DNA of 51,405 nt, counting the filler, from Barthelona sp. PAP020 (Eukaryota): NCBI GenBank assembly GCA_040182905.1. It is 2 parts of 2 records of this genome, joined end to end, with 100 filler letters (N's around TTAATTAATTAA, not from the genome) between each part and the next. Parts side by side here need not be neighbours in the genome. Positions count along the whole stretch, not along the records: positions 1 to 25,725 come from JARQWU010000143.1; 1 more part is not named here. One strand, written 5' to 3'. The position numbers and the translations under genes are program-made. Below are positions 1-11,000 of this stretch, piece by piece; the stretch's first letter is position 1, and every line of letters starts with the position of its first letter. The notes beneath the pieces were generated by a model, which was not told the DNA's origin, did no database searches, and saw nothing but the letters and a program-made list of their open reading frames with translations.

Positions 1-1
1 T

Positions 2-106
2 GATTATCTTCAATCTTTATACAAACAATTGGGTTGTAGTGTCACTAGATCTAAAGCCACACTTAAATTACCTTTAAAATTCCCAGAACCACCAAGAAGA
101 AGATAA
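2..106 (+). CDS. RPA49: 3' end of RNA polymerase I subunit A49/PAF53 (partial, runs off window start)
   Basis: Frame 2 reads DYLQSLYKQLGCSVTRSKATLKLPLKFPEPPRRR*, matching the A49 C-terminal 'LGC...ATLKxPxxxP..RR' pattern. Not in the ORF track. Confidence 0.65.
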   Translation, partial: DYLQSLYKQLGCSVTRSKATLKLPLKFPEPPRRR

Positions 107-323
107 GTTTTGTGATAAAATTTTCAAAGCTCACTGATAAATTAAATTTTTTATTGTTTTATGAAATATTGATGATTTTCATTGTTCAAATCTCTTGGAC
201 CTTGTTGATTCTCTCATAAAAAACAATTAAAACTGCAAGCACGTGAAAAATAAAGTCACAGTTAATTCCAATTGTTCGCTCTTGAAAGAAAAAAATCTGG
301 TACAATTTGCTCTTTATTTTTTT

Positions 324-2138
324 TCATGTTTGTTGACTCCCCAAACCTGTTGCAACATTTTCCACACAATTCGATGGTTTAGTGGAGTCCTTATCGTTTA
401 AAAATGTTTCCAACAAATCTGGATCAACTAAATTTACAATAATATTTGTTAAATCATTCAATCCATTTCCTTTAACATATAAAAGAGTATTATGTTCACT
501 TAATTTGACTTGTAGTTTTGTTATAAGAATTTTCCTCACTTTTTCAACATCAGCCTTATCATTGAGTTGAAATAAAAGGTTATTTCCTTTTTCAAAATGT
601 CCTTTTACATAACCTTCGGATTGTAATGATTGAGAATGACTTATTTTTTTGTTTATTGGGGAAACAGGAATTTCATCAATAGTATTTAATCGTTTGTGAA
701 TATGACCATGTGGAGTAAATAATAATTTAGGACTGGAAGTTTTTACCATTTTGGTGGTGTCAAGAGCATAAATAAAATCAAAAGCAGTATGCAAGGTGTT
801 AAGGATATATTTTTCTTCATTTGTTCCACAAATTAATGGTTCAAATGCTTCCATTAATTTTAGTGATGCATTCAAACTTACAGATTCTGTCTGGCAGATT
901 AACAACGCCAGTGTTGCTGGTAGTTTTGTGGGTGACAAGATTTCATCAACATTTGTGTATGTTAAACCAATAATATTAACAATGTTTTTTAAAATCCTTA
1001 ATTTTGACATTGGGTTGGCAATTTTTGGTATGGATTTTAATTCTATTTTTGCTATTTCCCACAATAAGGTAACATCAATATCAATTGGCAAAAAAAGGTT
1101 GGTTGGTTGAAGATCTTTCAATTTTTTTATTTTGGAAATTGTCAAATGATTAAAACGATCCTCTGTTTGGAAGTTCAAGCAAGTCATTAACTCTTTTTTT
1201 TCAAAAGATTCTAAACTGATGAACAATATTCCTGTTGAAATAAATTCTTTGTGCAGCTCTTTTATTTCATGCATGTTATTGTAGTTATTTTTGAAAAGCA
1301 AACTGGAAATACCTTCACAGGATTTGTATATTCTATTTCGAATATCCTCTAATGTAGAAGATGGAAGGGAAGAAATAATTGATTTAAGACTCTTATTCAT
1401 TTTACGATACAATGAATAATTTGATCTCAAATGACATTGTAGTAGGTACAATGTTTGAGGTGTTAATTCAACTATGTTTGCAAAATTATCTTGTAAACTA
1501 TCAAAATCGTCATTTTGAAATGGCACGATTGCTGAATTTCCTAAAATGTTTTTTCTTACTATTTCATTTTCTTCTTCAAGCAAATCAAAAGCTTCTTGAA
1601 TCAACAAAAATTTTTCTTCGTTATGAGCTCTTAAGAGAATTTCATTACCATTAACACTAAACGGTTTATTAATTAAACAAATGTTTGGTAAACAATCATT
1701 AATTACTAGTATTCTGGTTTCAATTCCATCAAAATTAACGTATGAAACATCTTTGATGATAGAAACATTACATAAATTATGTTTTGGTTCAGGAAAATGA
1801 AAAAATGAAACATTTGATGGATCAAAGGTTGAAAAGAGAGGAGATGATAAAATTTCAAGAAATGAATTCTCATTGGACATGTTTATCTGTAATTTTGCAC
1901 CATTAAGCAAAACGCAACGAAAACTATGTTGCAAAGAAACAATACCAACATGAGCCAAAGCAAAATTCGAATTCATTGGTTCATCTATTATTTTTGATGT
2001 TAAGGGCAAAAATATTATTATTCTTTCAGAATTTTCAACGATAAATTGTCTAAATTCAATACAATTCTCACTTCTTTTCAAATATTTCAAAAATCGATTG
2101 TTGATTTCGGTTTCAACAAGATTTATGAAATTATTCAT
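324..2138 (-). CDS. VPS9-domain protein, VARP/ANKRD27-like N-terminus, no ankyrin repeats
   Basis: 604 aa. VPS9-like segment NPMSKLRILKNIVNII...LALLICQ...EEKYILNTLHTAFDFI; N-terminus (IIIFLP...LLNG...RILVINDCL) resembles VARP. Confidence 0.55.
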   Translation of the reverse strand: MNNFINLVETEINNRFLKYLKRSENCIEFRQFIVENSERIIIFLPLTSKIIDEPMNSNFALAHVGIVSLQHSFRCVLLNGAKLQINMSNENSFLEILSSPLFSTFDPSNVSFFHFPEPKHNLCNVSIIKDVSYVNFDGIETRILVINDCLPNICLINKPFSVNGNEILLRAHNEEKFLLIQEAFDLLEEENEIVRKNILGNSAIVPFQNDDFDSLQDNFANIVELTPQTLYLLQCHLRSNYSLYRKMNKSLKSIISSLPSSTLEDIRNRIYKSCEGISSLLFKNNYNNMHEIKELHKEFISTGILFISLESFEKKELMTCLNFQTEDRFNHLTISKIKKLKDLQPTNLFLPIDIDVTLLWEIAKIELKSIPKIANPMSKLRILKNIVNIIGLTYTNVDEILSPTKLPATLALLICQTESVSLNASLKLMEAFEPLICGTNEEKYILNTLHTAFDFIYALDTTKMVKTSSPKLLFTPHGHIHKRLNTIDEIPVSPINKKISHSQSLQSEGYVKGHFEKGNNLLFQLNDKADVEKVRKILITKLQVKLSEHNTLLYVKGNGLNDLTNIIVNLVDPDLLETFLNDKDSTKPSNCVENVATGLGSQQT

Positions 2139-2383
2139 GCGAAAAACTCAAAAATAAAAAATTCTTCTGTTTACTGTTTAGTAAAAAAAGATGTGAACTT
2201 TGTAAAAACAGTAAAAACAGTTTTATTTTTTCAAAATGTTCTGAAACCATATGTGTTTATTAAATATTTCTACCGATAATGCCAATTGATTGTGAGAAGA
2301 AAAATTTTTTTTGGTCATAAAAATAAATTTCAATCACTCATGTAATATCAAGCTTTTATTTATTTTTTATGTGACATTATTGT

Positions 2384-3280
2384 ATGTCAACCAATATAAT
2401 TGACCTGATTCTTTTTAAAGAAGAAATTATTGATTATAATATCAACAAAAAAGAATACCTATTTAATATTCCTGAAGGTGTTTATACAACATGTAGAGTT
2501 ATTAATTCATACCATATTGTATCTTTAGATCAACATATTCATAGAATTCATGATGGAATTATGAAGTATTTTGATAAGAGTAATCCTTTAAATGATTTTG
2601 ACTTTTTGAAAACTTACATTATCAATCAACTATTCAAATGTATTAAAATTTTTCGTGAATTGATTCAGGATGATATTATTGACTTGAGAATGACAATCAT
2701 TTGTCCTTCAAATGAGTATCCTTCATTTATTGTTGAAAGGTTGCCAAACATTCCTTTTCATCCAATTATTTGTGGGAGTTTTAAAGAGCAAAGAAATAAC
2801 CCTTCTATTAAACATGTTAATTGGATAAAACAACGAAAAACTGTTGAAAAAGACATTACATCATTAGATAATTATGTTTATAATGAAAACAATCCACTCG
2901 AAAAAGAAGAAGTATTGTTATTAGATGATGATTCTTGCATTTTGGAAGGGTTATCATCAAATTTTTTTGCAATAGACAAACAAAATCGTTTATGGACTTG
3001 TGGCAAAGGAGTTCTCAAAGGTACAATGAGAGAAATGATACTTTCTTTTTGGAAAAATGAAATCATTTTTGAATCTCCAAAAATTGAACAGAATGACGAT
3101 GTTTGGAAAGAATTTTTTATTACTTCTTCTTCCAGACTCTTATTACCAATATTTAAAATTGAGTTTGAGACCTTTGATTATAATTTGTCCTTTTCTTTGA
3201 AAGGAAGTTTTAGTCAACAATTAAGAACTCAAATTATTCAACATATGAATGAATTAGCAACAAATGTTGAAAACCAATAG
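2384..3280 (+). CDS. Class IV PLP-dependent aminotransferase (BCAT/D-AAT/ADC-lyase fold)
   Basis: Motifs GVYTTCR, HIHRI, RNNPSIK (PLP lysine), EEVLL..ILEGLSSNFF, VLKGTMR, EFFITSSSR. Confidence 0.85.
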   Translation: MSTNIIDLILFKEEIIDYNINKKEYLFNIPEGVYTTCRVINSYHIVSLDQHIHRIHDGIMKYFDKSNPLNDFDFLKTYIINQLFKCIKIFRELIQDDIIDLRMTIICPSNEYPSFIVERLPNIPFHPIICGSFKEQRNNPSIKHVNWIKQRKTVEKDITSLDNYVYNENNPLEKEEVLLLDDDSCILEGLSSNFFAIDKQNRLWTCGKGVLKGTMREMILSFWKNEIIFESPKIEQNDDVWKEFFITSSSRLLLPIFKIEFETFDYNLSFSLKGSFSQQLRTQIIQHMNELATNVENQ

Positions 3281-3534
3281 AAAATTTACGACTATAAAGA
3301 TCAAACTCTCTTTTCTTTTTTCTTCTTTTCTTAAAAATTCAATTTATTTAAAGCGGTAGCAACCAAAGAAAACAAAAAACATACTTTAAACTCCATTTTG
3401 AACAAAAAGAAACAAAAAAAAATATATATTCATATTCTTTTACACAACAAGATCAGATGGCTTGAATCGACAAAATTCAAATAACCATTCAATATTTCAT
3501 CATTGATAAAACAAGTAATTCCAAAAAAATATAA

Positions 3535-4986
3535 TCAAGCAATTAATGTTTCAAAACGTTCCAATTCTTTGTTATAATTTTCATGTAACTTCGAATTCTT
3601 TTCTTCCAAATCATGAATTCTTTTGTCAAATAACTCAGTTTTTTTCTTTTCTGCAGCCAAATCAACTTCATTTTTTTTTAAAACCATATCTCTTTTTTTT
3701 TTAAATTGCTTGTATTTATCCTTTAACTGCTGATATTCCATGTTTCTATTAATCTCATCTTGTTCCGTTTGATTTTTATAATTGTCAAATTCTCTTTGTA
3801 AATTTCGTAATTTTAAATTCTCTTCATTTTTCAAATCATCATATTTAGATTTTAATTCTAAAACCTTGTTTTCTATAATATCTTTTTCAGTTTGAATTTT
3901 TTCCAATTCAACTTCCAAAGACTGCACTCGATCTGAACTTTCAGAAAGATGATTACTCTTGGCGTTTGCATCATTCAATTCATTCATTAAATTCGCATTT
4001 TTTGCTTTATACTCTTCAATAGTTTGTTTCAATTCATCCCTTTCCTCTTCAATATCATTATATCTCAATAATTTCTCTTTTAATTGAAGATTCTCTTGTA
4101 TAGCTCTGGCAGATTCTTGTAATTTCTCTTGAACAGCAATGATTTGTCGAATATGTTCATCCTTTGAATTATTTGCATCTCGTAGCATGTCTCTAGTTTC
4201 ATTCAAGGCTTTTTCTAAAGTAATAGTCTCATTAGTCTTATCATTCAATGCTTTTGCAAAGTCTGCTTCCCTTTGAATGGCTTCAGAGCGAAGTAACGTT
4301 AAACTATCTTTAGTCTTCTTTAAAAGATCTTCTTTTCTTTTCAATTTCTCTTCTAAATGTGATATATTTGTTTGTAAAGTTTTGACAACATTGGAATTGA
4401 TACCTTGAATACCATTCACTTCACTTTTCATACGATTATTCTCAGAAAGAATTGTTGTATTCTCCGCTTGTATAGCAGCCATATCTTGTCTTAACTTATA
4501 CAACGTACTATTTAAATTGCGAATTTGACGTTCATATCCATCAACATCCAATTGTTGCAATTCCAAAACTTCATTTTGCAATTTCTTAATTGTTGCAATT
4601 TGCTGATCATTTTTAGTTTCAAAATCCTTTTTAGAGGTATTTAAAAGATTTTCTAAATTTCTAATCTCCATATCTTTTTCAAAAAGTAAATGTTGACTCT
4701 TTCGTTTGCTATTATTTAAATCTTCCCTTAATCGATCATTTAATGCATTCAATTCGTTTTCTCTTAACCTAAATGGTCTTATGGCTTCCTCAGCAACACG
4801 ATTCTTCATTACTTCAATATCAGGCTGATCTCTTAAGGTTTGAGTCAACATATCAACATCATTTGCCTTACTTTCAAACTTTCTCTGCCATTCTAACGAC
4901 TTTTCTTTGAACCTAAGTTGCAAAGTTTCTTTTTCTTCAGTTAATGAGCGAACTTGTTCCTCTAATTGCAATATTCTTGGATCCAT
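3535..4986 (-). CDS. Long coiled-coil protein, possibly CEP83/CCDC41 (distal appendage)
   Basis: 483 aa of near-continuous heptads; DIEVMKNRVAEEAIRPFRLRENEL resembles the CEP83 conserved segment. Coiled-coil assignments are weak. Confidence 0.4.
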   Translation of the reverse strand: MDPRILQLEEQVRSLTEEKETLQLRFKEKSLEWQRKFESKANDVDMLTQTLRDQPDIEVMKNRVAEEAIRPFRLRENELNALNDRLREDLNNSKRKSQHLLFEKDMEIRNLENLLNTSKKDFETKNDQQIATIKKLQNEVLELQQLDVDGYERQIRNLNSTLYKLRQDMAAIQAENTTILSENNRMKSEVNGIQGINSNVVKTLQTNISHLEEKLKRKEDLLKKTKDSLTLLRSEAIQREADFAKALNDKTNETITLEKALNETRDMLRDANNSKDEHIRQIIAVQEKLQESARAIQENLQLKEKLLRYNDIEEERDELKQTIEEYKAKNANLMNELNDANAKSNHLSESSDRVQSLEVELEKIQTEKDIIENKVLELKSKYDDLKNEENLKLRNLQREFDNYKNQTEQDEINRNMEYQQLKDKYKQFKKKRDMVLKKNEVDLAAEKKKTELFDKRIHDLEEKNSKLHENYNKELERFETLIA

Positions 4987-5077
4987 GCAATATCAAATCA
5001 TTAAACAAGAAAAAAAAAATTGGTTCAAAAAACCGCTTCAATTAAAAACAACAAAAATGAATAATCTAACTATTTAT

Positions 5078-5710
5078 CTAATCTTTACGTGTCTTCAATT
5101 CAACTGTTCTAATAGCATTTGGAGTAATTAACATAACTTCACAATTCCAACCAGCTAAAGTATCTCTATTAACACCATGCAATAAAGATTGAGCACACAC
5201 ATCAATCAATTCATCTCCTTCAAGATCAGGTTTATACAACATTTCAGCAACACCTAATATTTGATGTTCACTGGTACCTCCACATATATAAGTGGACGAA
5301 AAACTTTTACAACCAATTGAATCCATACCACATAATAAAGGATTATTATCTTTGTCTAAACCAACAATCAATGGTTGAATCAAATAAGATCCTTGAGTTC
5401 TCTTTGCATAAAGGGCTTTAGATACTGAATGTGCGAAAGCCCAAGGACTTATATCACGTTTTTCCCTTAATTGGTATAAATTGTTTCTAAAATCCATTAA
5501 TTGATGGAAAGTCTGAATATCTGTGGGTAAACCAGTCAAAGCAATAAAACATTTGGGATTAATTTCAAAAACACGTTGAAATTGATCTGAAATGGTAAGA
5601 TTGTTGGCTGCAAATCGTCTGTCATATCCAAGTGCCACACAGTTTTTTCCAGCCATAGCAACTACTGCAGAACCACTGTATTCAAATGGGTTTTGTTGTT
5701 CTTGAGACAT
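5078..5710 (-). CDS. PSMB3: 20S proteasome subunit beta-3
   Basis: FEYSGSAVVAMAGKNCVALGYDRR...GLPTDIQT...MDSIGC...NRDTLAGW...LKTRKD. Start placed at ATG 5710 after a T-tract. Confidence 0.95.
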   Translation of the reverse strand: MSQEQQNPFEYSGSAVVAMAGKNCVALGYDRRFAANNLTISDQFQRVFEINPKCFIALTGLPTDIQTFHQLMDFRNNLYQLREKRDISPWAFAHSVSKALYAKRTQGSYLIQPLIVGLDKDNNPLLCGMDSIGCKSFSSTYICGGTSEHQILGVAEMLYKPDLEGDELIDVCAQSLLHGVNRDTLAGWNCEVMLITPNAIRTVELKTRKD

Positions 5711-5784
5711 AAAATAAAAAAATAATTCGTGACAAGCTGTAACAGATTCTCGTTTTTGTTGCATATTTTAATTTAAAAACCGAT

Positions 5785-6866
5785 ATGAATGCAGTAAAAC
5801 AACCAGAGTTAATTCAATATGTGAACAAATCTGTTGAATATACTGTTTTCGATCAAAATTCATTCCTAATGCAAGAAGATTCATAGTTTTAGGATCTCAT
5901 TTCAATGGTGCTGGTGCATTAGAGATTTATAAAATGGAGCAAGGAAAGATCGTTCAAATTGCAAAACATGTGAAGCCAAAACCTATTCAATGTGGTAGTT
6001 TCAATCATTCAACACTAAATGATCGTTATTTAGCTTGTGGAGACCAAGCTGGTATGCTTAATGTTTATGATTTAGAACAAGCTGAAAGACCCATTTATTC
6101 AGTCCACGCTCACAACCATTTCATTAATCAAATGGATTCTATTGGCGGTTTATATGGTGTTAGTGCCCCTGAAATTGTTACTACTGGTGCAGATGGATGC
6201 GTTCGAGTTTGGGATATTAGACAACCTGATATACCTACAGCTGCCTTGGAGCCAAAGGAAAATGCCAGAGATTGTTGGTCAGTTGCATTTGGAGGTTGTA
6301 ACACCGCAAATAATCGACTTGTAGCTTGTGGGTTTGATAATGGTGATGTAAAACTGTTTGATTTGAGAAATAATTCAGTATTATCAGCTTGGAATGTCAG
6401 CAGTGGTGTGGTTGGCTTGGAATTTGATCGTCCTGAACAAGAACTAGGTCGTTTGGGAATCACTACTTTGGATGGATATTTTGACTATTACAACATGAAA
6501 GTTAATAACTCCACTGAAGGTTATTCCAAAATCAGAACAAAATCTCATGATGCAACTATTTGGAGAATTAAGCATCTTCCTCAAAATAGAGACGTTTTTA
6601 TCACAACTGGTGGAAAAGGAGATGTAAATTTATGGAGATATGACCCCCCTAAAGATGGAGAAGTTATTGCAGATCCCAAAGCATTGGGAGAAAAAATTGG
6701 TGTGATGGGAAAAATAAATGAATGTTCTCGTGCTAAATTTTCTGAAATGCCTGTCAATAGTTGGGATTGGTCTATTGATTTATCTGGTTTAGCAGTTTGT
6801 AGTTCATTTGACCAACAATTAAGAATAGTTTTTGTTACAAAATTAAATAGAATCGATGAAATATAA
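5785..6866 (+). CDS. WDR92: WD40 dynein assembly factor WDR92/DNAAF10 (one base missing near 5854)
   Basis: ATG 5785 gives MNAVKQPELIQYVNKSVEYTVFD; the -1 frame continues KFIPNARRFIVLG... into ORF 5934-6866 (APEIVT, RDCWSVAFG, GFDNGDVKLFDLR, HLPQNRDVF, FDQQLR). Confidence 0.9.
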
Positions 6867-6970
6867 ATATTTATTATTGATGCGTTTTTGTTGATGTGTA
6901 GAATTCCAATATATTTATCAAAAACGAGTGCTTGAAATGCAAACTTTTTTTTTCTTATTTGAACAAACAA

Positions 6971-8338
6971 ATGGATATTGAAGAGTTGCACGATTCGACT
7001 CATCATCATGAGAATGATGTTAATACAATTGAACCAATTGTAGTAGATAATTCTTCCACAAATTATCCTACTTTCCACATTATTACCTTTGGATGTGCTC
7101 ATAATAGTGCTGATTCTAATTTAATGGCGACATTGTTAATAAATTCAGGTTTCAAATTATCTTCCAAAGACGATGCATGTGTTGTTATTGTTAATGGTTG
7201 TACGGTTAAGGGACCTTCTGAAGCTCATTTTTGGACATCAATTCAAAGATTAAAATCAGCTGGAAAAATAGTTGTTGCTGCTGGTTGTGTTAGTCAGGTT
7301 TATGGGAAAGACAAGAGATTAGCTGATGTTCCAATTATTGGAGTTGAACAGATTAACAATGTTGTAAGTGTTGTTTTATCTGCCATTAGTGGAGATATTA
7401 TTCAAAATAGAGAAAGACTGATGTCGTTGGATGGTATTGAGATTTCCAAAAGGAATGTTGCAGGACAGGAGAATGTTGAGATATTACCAATTTGTATTGG
7501 ATGTTTGCACAATTGTGCCTTCTGTCAGACTCATTTGGCTCGTGGTAAATTAAGGTCTTTTTCCATATCAACTTTGTGTGACCGTGTTGCAACGGCAAAA
7601 AGTCGTGGAATTACTGAAATATGGCTTGTTGGAGAAGATACTGGGGCATATGGCTTGGATATTAATACCAATATTGTTAATTTATTGAGAGCATTTGCTG
7701 AAGTGGTTCCTGATGGAGTTATGATTAAATTGGGTCATTCAAATCCACCTTATCTTTATCAATATTTAGATGATATTTTAGAATGTTTACAACACCCAAA
7801 TTTTTTCCAAATCTTACATGTACCTTTACAAGCAGGATCAAATAGGGTATTATTGGATATGAAAAGGGGACATTCTGCTGATGAGTGGGAAACAATTTTC
7901 AATTCAGCTAAAGAACGAAATGTTACAATTTCAACCGACATTATATGTGGGTTTCCAACCGAAACTGATGAAGATTTTGATCAAACGTTGGAAAGGGTTG
8001 CAAGAACTCACGTGCCTTTCATTAATATCAGTAAATACTATCCCAGACCAAAAACATCTGCTGCAAAATTACCTTTATTAGACAAAGAAGTTGTCAGTTC
8101 AAGATCCAAAGCGTTGCATGATTTATTTCATTCGTATATGCCTTTTGAGAAATACTTGAATCAAACCGTGAGAGCAGTAGTCTCTGGGCCTTCGCCAAAG
8201 GGAGATGATTTATTATTACATACGAAAGAGTATGTTCAAGTTGTTGTTCCAAAATTTAATTGTCAAGTTGGTGAATGGTTCAATATTCAAATCACAGATC
8301 ATAAGAGATGGTGTTTGATTGGAGAGGTAAATAATTAG
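6971..8338 (+). CDS. CDKAL1: tRNA t6A methylthiotransferase (radical SAM, e-MtaB)
   Basis: TFGCAHNSADS, NGCTVKGPSE, AGCV, CLHNCAFC (CX3CX2C), EIWLVGEDTGAYG, TDIICGFPTET and a C-terminal TRAM region. Start MDIEEL at 6971. Confidence 0.93.
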   Translation: MDIEELHDSTHHHENDVNTIEPIVVDNSSTNYPTFHIITFGCAHNSADSNLMATLLINSGFKLSSKDDACVVIVNGCTVKGPSEAHFWTSIQRLKSAGKIVVAAGCVSQVYGKDKRLADVPIIGVEQINNVVSVVLSAISGDIIQNRERLMSLDGIEISKRNVAGQENVEILPICIGCLHNCAFCQTHLARGKLRSFSISTLCDRVATAKSRGITEIWLVGEDTGAYGLDINTNIVNLLRAFAEVVPDGVMIKLGHSNPPYLYQYLDDILECLQHPNFFQILHVPLQAGSNRVLLDMKRGHSADEWETIFNSAKERNVTISTDIICGFPTETDEDFDQTLERVARTHVPFINISKYYPRPKTSAAKLPLLDKEVVSSRSKALHDLFHSYMPFEKYLNQTVRAVVSGPSPKGDDLLLHTKEYVQVVVPKFNCQVGEWFNIQITDHKRWCLIGEVNN

Positions 8339-8401
8339 TCTTTTGTGTTTTTTTTTTTTTGCAAAGAAAGAAAAAAAGTGACAGGTTTATGGGAATACAT
8401 G

Positions 8402-10942
8402 TTACAGCTTTGCCAGAGGAGATTTGATTAGAATGCGTAAAAGTTCAATGACGGATTTGTCTAATTCAGTTAAGAATGAAGTGTTATTTCCGAATTTAAA
8501 ATCTTTTTGTTTAAAAATGCATTTAGATAAACGTAATAGAATCACTGTTTCATAATTATAATATTCAACTTCATCTGTGAATAAATCTCGTTGAATATAA
8601 AACAACTGATGAAAAAAGCTCAACAAATAGACTAACAAATTATATTCATGATGTTTTCTATGTAAAAATTGTGATATACAATCAATAGCTTCATCATATT
8701 CTTTAATGTAACGAATTTTATCAATTGAAAAATCAACAATGAAAAAATTGGGTAAACTTTCCAAAAACAAAAATAAAAATTCAGCCAAAGTGTCAACAGA
8801 TGGAATAAATGATAATTCTGATGAGTTATTGTATAAATCCTTTATCAAACTCTCTAATTCAACTGAATTAGTCTTTGTCTGAAGAAAGATATCAGTAACA
8901 TCTAATTTATCCTTGAGAGAATCAACAACCATCCATAATTCTCTGGGAATTCTTAGATAGGGTAATTTTGATGTGTTTTGAATGTTATTGTTTGAAGAAA
9001 AAGTCTTCAAAAAAATTTTCCTCTTTTCAGAAGATATTCTGTCCAAATACCATCTAGAGCTGCATAACATTTGTAATGGAACCCCAATACAGCAAGGATG
9101 CAGAGTAATCTTAAGATTAATGTAATGATCATCACCATTGATTACCTTTAACAACAGCGTTTTGTTAATAATTGGTGAAGAAATATCTTTAGGGGGTATC
9201 AATATCTTTAAATTGATATCAAAAACATCATTAGGAAATAGTATTCCACGAGTCGGAAAAATGCTACAATACTCATCAATAATAGCAGATGAACCAGGAA
9301 GGGGATTGAAACACCACTCAATAGAAACATTCCCATCATTTTTTACCAGTATTGAATCATGTCTGCTAATACCAGGAATCATATCCGAAAAAACCAGATC
9401 TGTTTTATCAATACAAATGGAAGGGACATATTTCATCTCTAATTCATCCAATTCTAATAAAATATTTTCCATGACTGTCTTCTGCCGTATTGGATCAGTC
9501 TCTTTCAAATTGAATTTGAATAATGAGTATACAGGTTTATGATCAGAGATGTATAAACTGCTAATGGAATCATATTTACAGGATATTAAATTGTTGGTAG
9601 ATTTTGCTCGTGTATGATATAGAATACGATCACAATATGAAGGAATACGTTGCTTTTCATCAGATATAGGGTGATAATTTGAAGTACCAGGTGTAAATTT
9701 ATATGTTGGAAAAAAGGTAATTTTCTCTTCAGTAAAATAGCGTCTTAAAATACAATCATCAGTTGATTGATTCAACAGTTGATCATGTTCAACCAATTGG
9801 TCAATATTTTTCTTTATAATATTCTTGTAAACTTGTACAATAGGACAATCAATACGATAATTCAAATCCCCAATGAAAAATGTGTAATCGAATGAATCCA
9901 ATAATGAACAAACTGATGCATCTTCATTTAATATGGACTTAGTATACACGTATGATGAATTAGATAATTTTCTAAAACCATTCAAAATGTCAAAAGCGTC
10001 TTGATTACGACGTTGAACTTTAGATTGAGATGCAGCTAAATGACTGTTTATAAACAAGAAGGTTGTTTCAAAAATCTTAAATTTTATCGCAATTCCACCC
10101 TTATTCGCCATAACACCCATAAACCCAACAGCCGATGTGAGTTTAGCCAATTCGGTGACATCTTTTTCATATTGGCTTTTTACAAACACAACAGCAAATA
10201 CACCAACCAACTGCTGAAATACCAAAATGGAGTAATTAGCATTAGAGGTATGTTTATTCACTGCAATCAACAAGTAGTCGATCCATAATTGAGCTTTGGA
10301 TGTTTCAATAGCCAAAAGACCAGTAGCACTAAGATCAATTTCTTGCAATCCAACACAAATAAATAACGGTGAATTGTCATCATCAAATTTAAACAAGTCC
10401 TCTAGATTATCAGCAGGATCTTTATTATTCACATTAAAACTAACCACATAGAAAAATTCTTCCCGAATATTCTCATATTCTTCTTCCCTCTCAACTAACT
10501 TTTGTGATAACCATGACTCTCTCATTAAACGGGTAGTATTAAAACTGTTAGAATCAACTAATCTTAAAAGATTCTCCCAATTGTAACTGTCAGTCCACAA
10601 TTCATCTGGAGAATCATCCAATAAAATACATATGTTTGAATGAAAAACAGCTATCTCTTCAGGTGTTCCAGTTAATGTGAAGGTAGTTGATTCATTCATT
10701 TTGTCATATACCTGAAAATATAAATCGCCAGATTCTTCAAAATGACAATCGCACTTTTTTAACAATGGAAATATATCTATCGGTAAATATTCGTCGTCAT
10801 TGGTAGATTTTACCAAATGAATTATGGCATATCGTTTCTTATCTTGCAAATCTACCAACAATAGCATAGTATTGAATATAATTTGGTGATACACATGCAA
10901 TTGGCATATAGGTTTTGCATATGGTTGTAAAAGATTATTCAT
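8402..10942 (-). CDS. OCRL: Inositol polyphosphate 5-phosphatase, OCRL/INPP5B type (5-phosphatase + ASH + RhoGAP-like)
   Basis: VSFNVN, GLQEID, NKGG, NSHLAA, GDLNYR, PSYCDRIL, SDHKPV; ASH segment (VKNDGNV); RhoGAP-like IPRELWMVVD. Confidence 0.88.
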   Translation of the reverse strand: MNNLLQPYAKPICQLHVYHQIIFNTMLLLVDLQDKKRYAIIHLVKSTNDDEYLPIDIFPLLKKCDCHFEESGDLYFQVYDKMNESTTFTLTGTPEEIAVFHSNICILLDDSPDELWTDSYNWENLLRLVDSNSFNTTRLMRESWLSQKLVEREEEYENIREEFFYVVSFNVNNKDPADNLEDLFKFDDDNSPLFICVGLQEIDLSATGLLAIETSKAQLWIDYLLIAVNKHTSNANYSILVFQQLVGVFAVVFVKSQYEKDVTELAKLTSAVGFMGVMANKGGIAIKFKIFETTFLFINSHLAASQSKVQRRNQDAFDILNGFRKLSNSSYVYTKSILNEDASVCSLLDSFDYTFFIGDLNYRIDCPIVQVYKNIIKKNIDQLVEHDQLLNQSTDDCILRRYFTEEKITFFPTYKFTPGTSNYHPISDEKQRIPSYCDRILYHTRAKSTNNLISCKYDSISSLYISDHKPVYSLFKFNLKETDPIRQKTVMENILLELDELEMKYVPSICIDKTDLVFSDMIPGISRHDSILVKNDGNVSIEWCFNPLPGSSAIIDEYCSIFPTRGILFPNDVFDINLKILIPPKDISSPIINKTLLLKVINGDDHYINLKITLHPCCIGVPLQMLCSSRWYLDRISSEKRKIFLKTFSSNNNIQNTSKLPYLRIPRELWMVVDSLKDKLDVTDIFLQTKTNSVELESLIKDLYNNSSELSFIPSVDTLAEFLFLFLESLPNFFIVDFSIDKIRYIKEYDEAIDCISQFLHRKHHEYNLLVYLLSFFHQLFYIQRDLFTDEVEYYNYETVILLRLSKCIFKQKDFKFGNNTSFLTELDKSVIELLRILIKSPLAKL

Positions 10943-11000
10943 ATCAACTCATGGACAAATGAATACAAGAAAAAATGGATGAATTTTTTTTTTATGAATA

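Noticed and set aside
2384..3280. Recent bacterial gene transfer for the class IV aminotransferase
   Set aside because: Composition matches its neighbours and similar proteins occur in other eukaryotes; transfer cannot be supported without a phylogeny.
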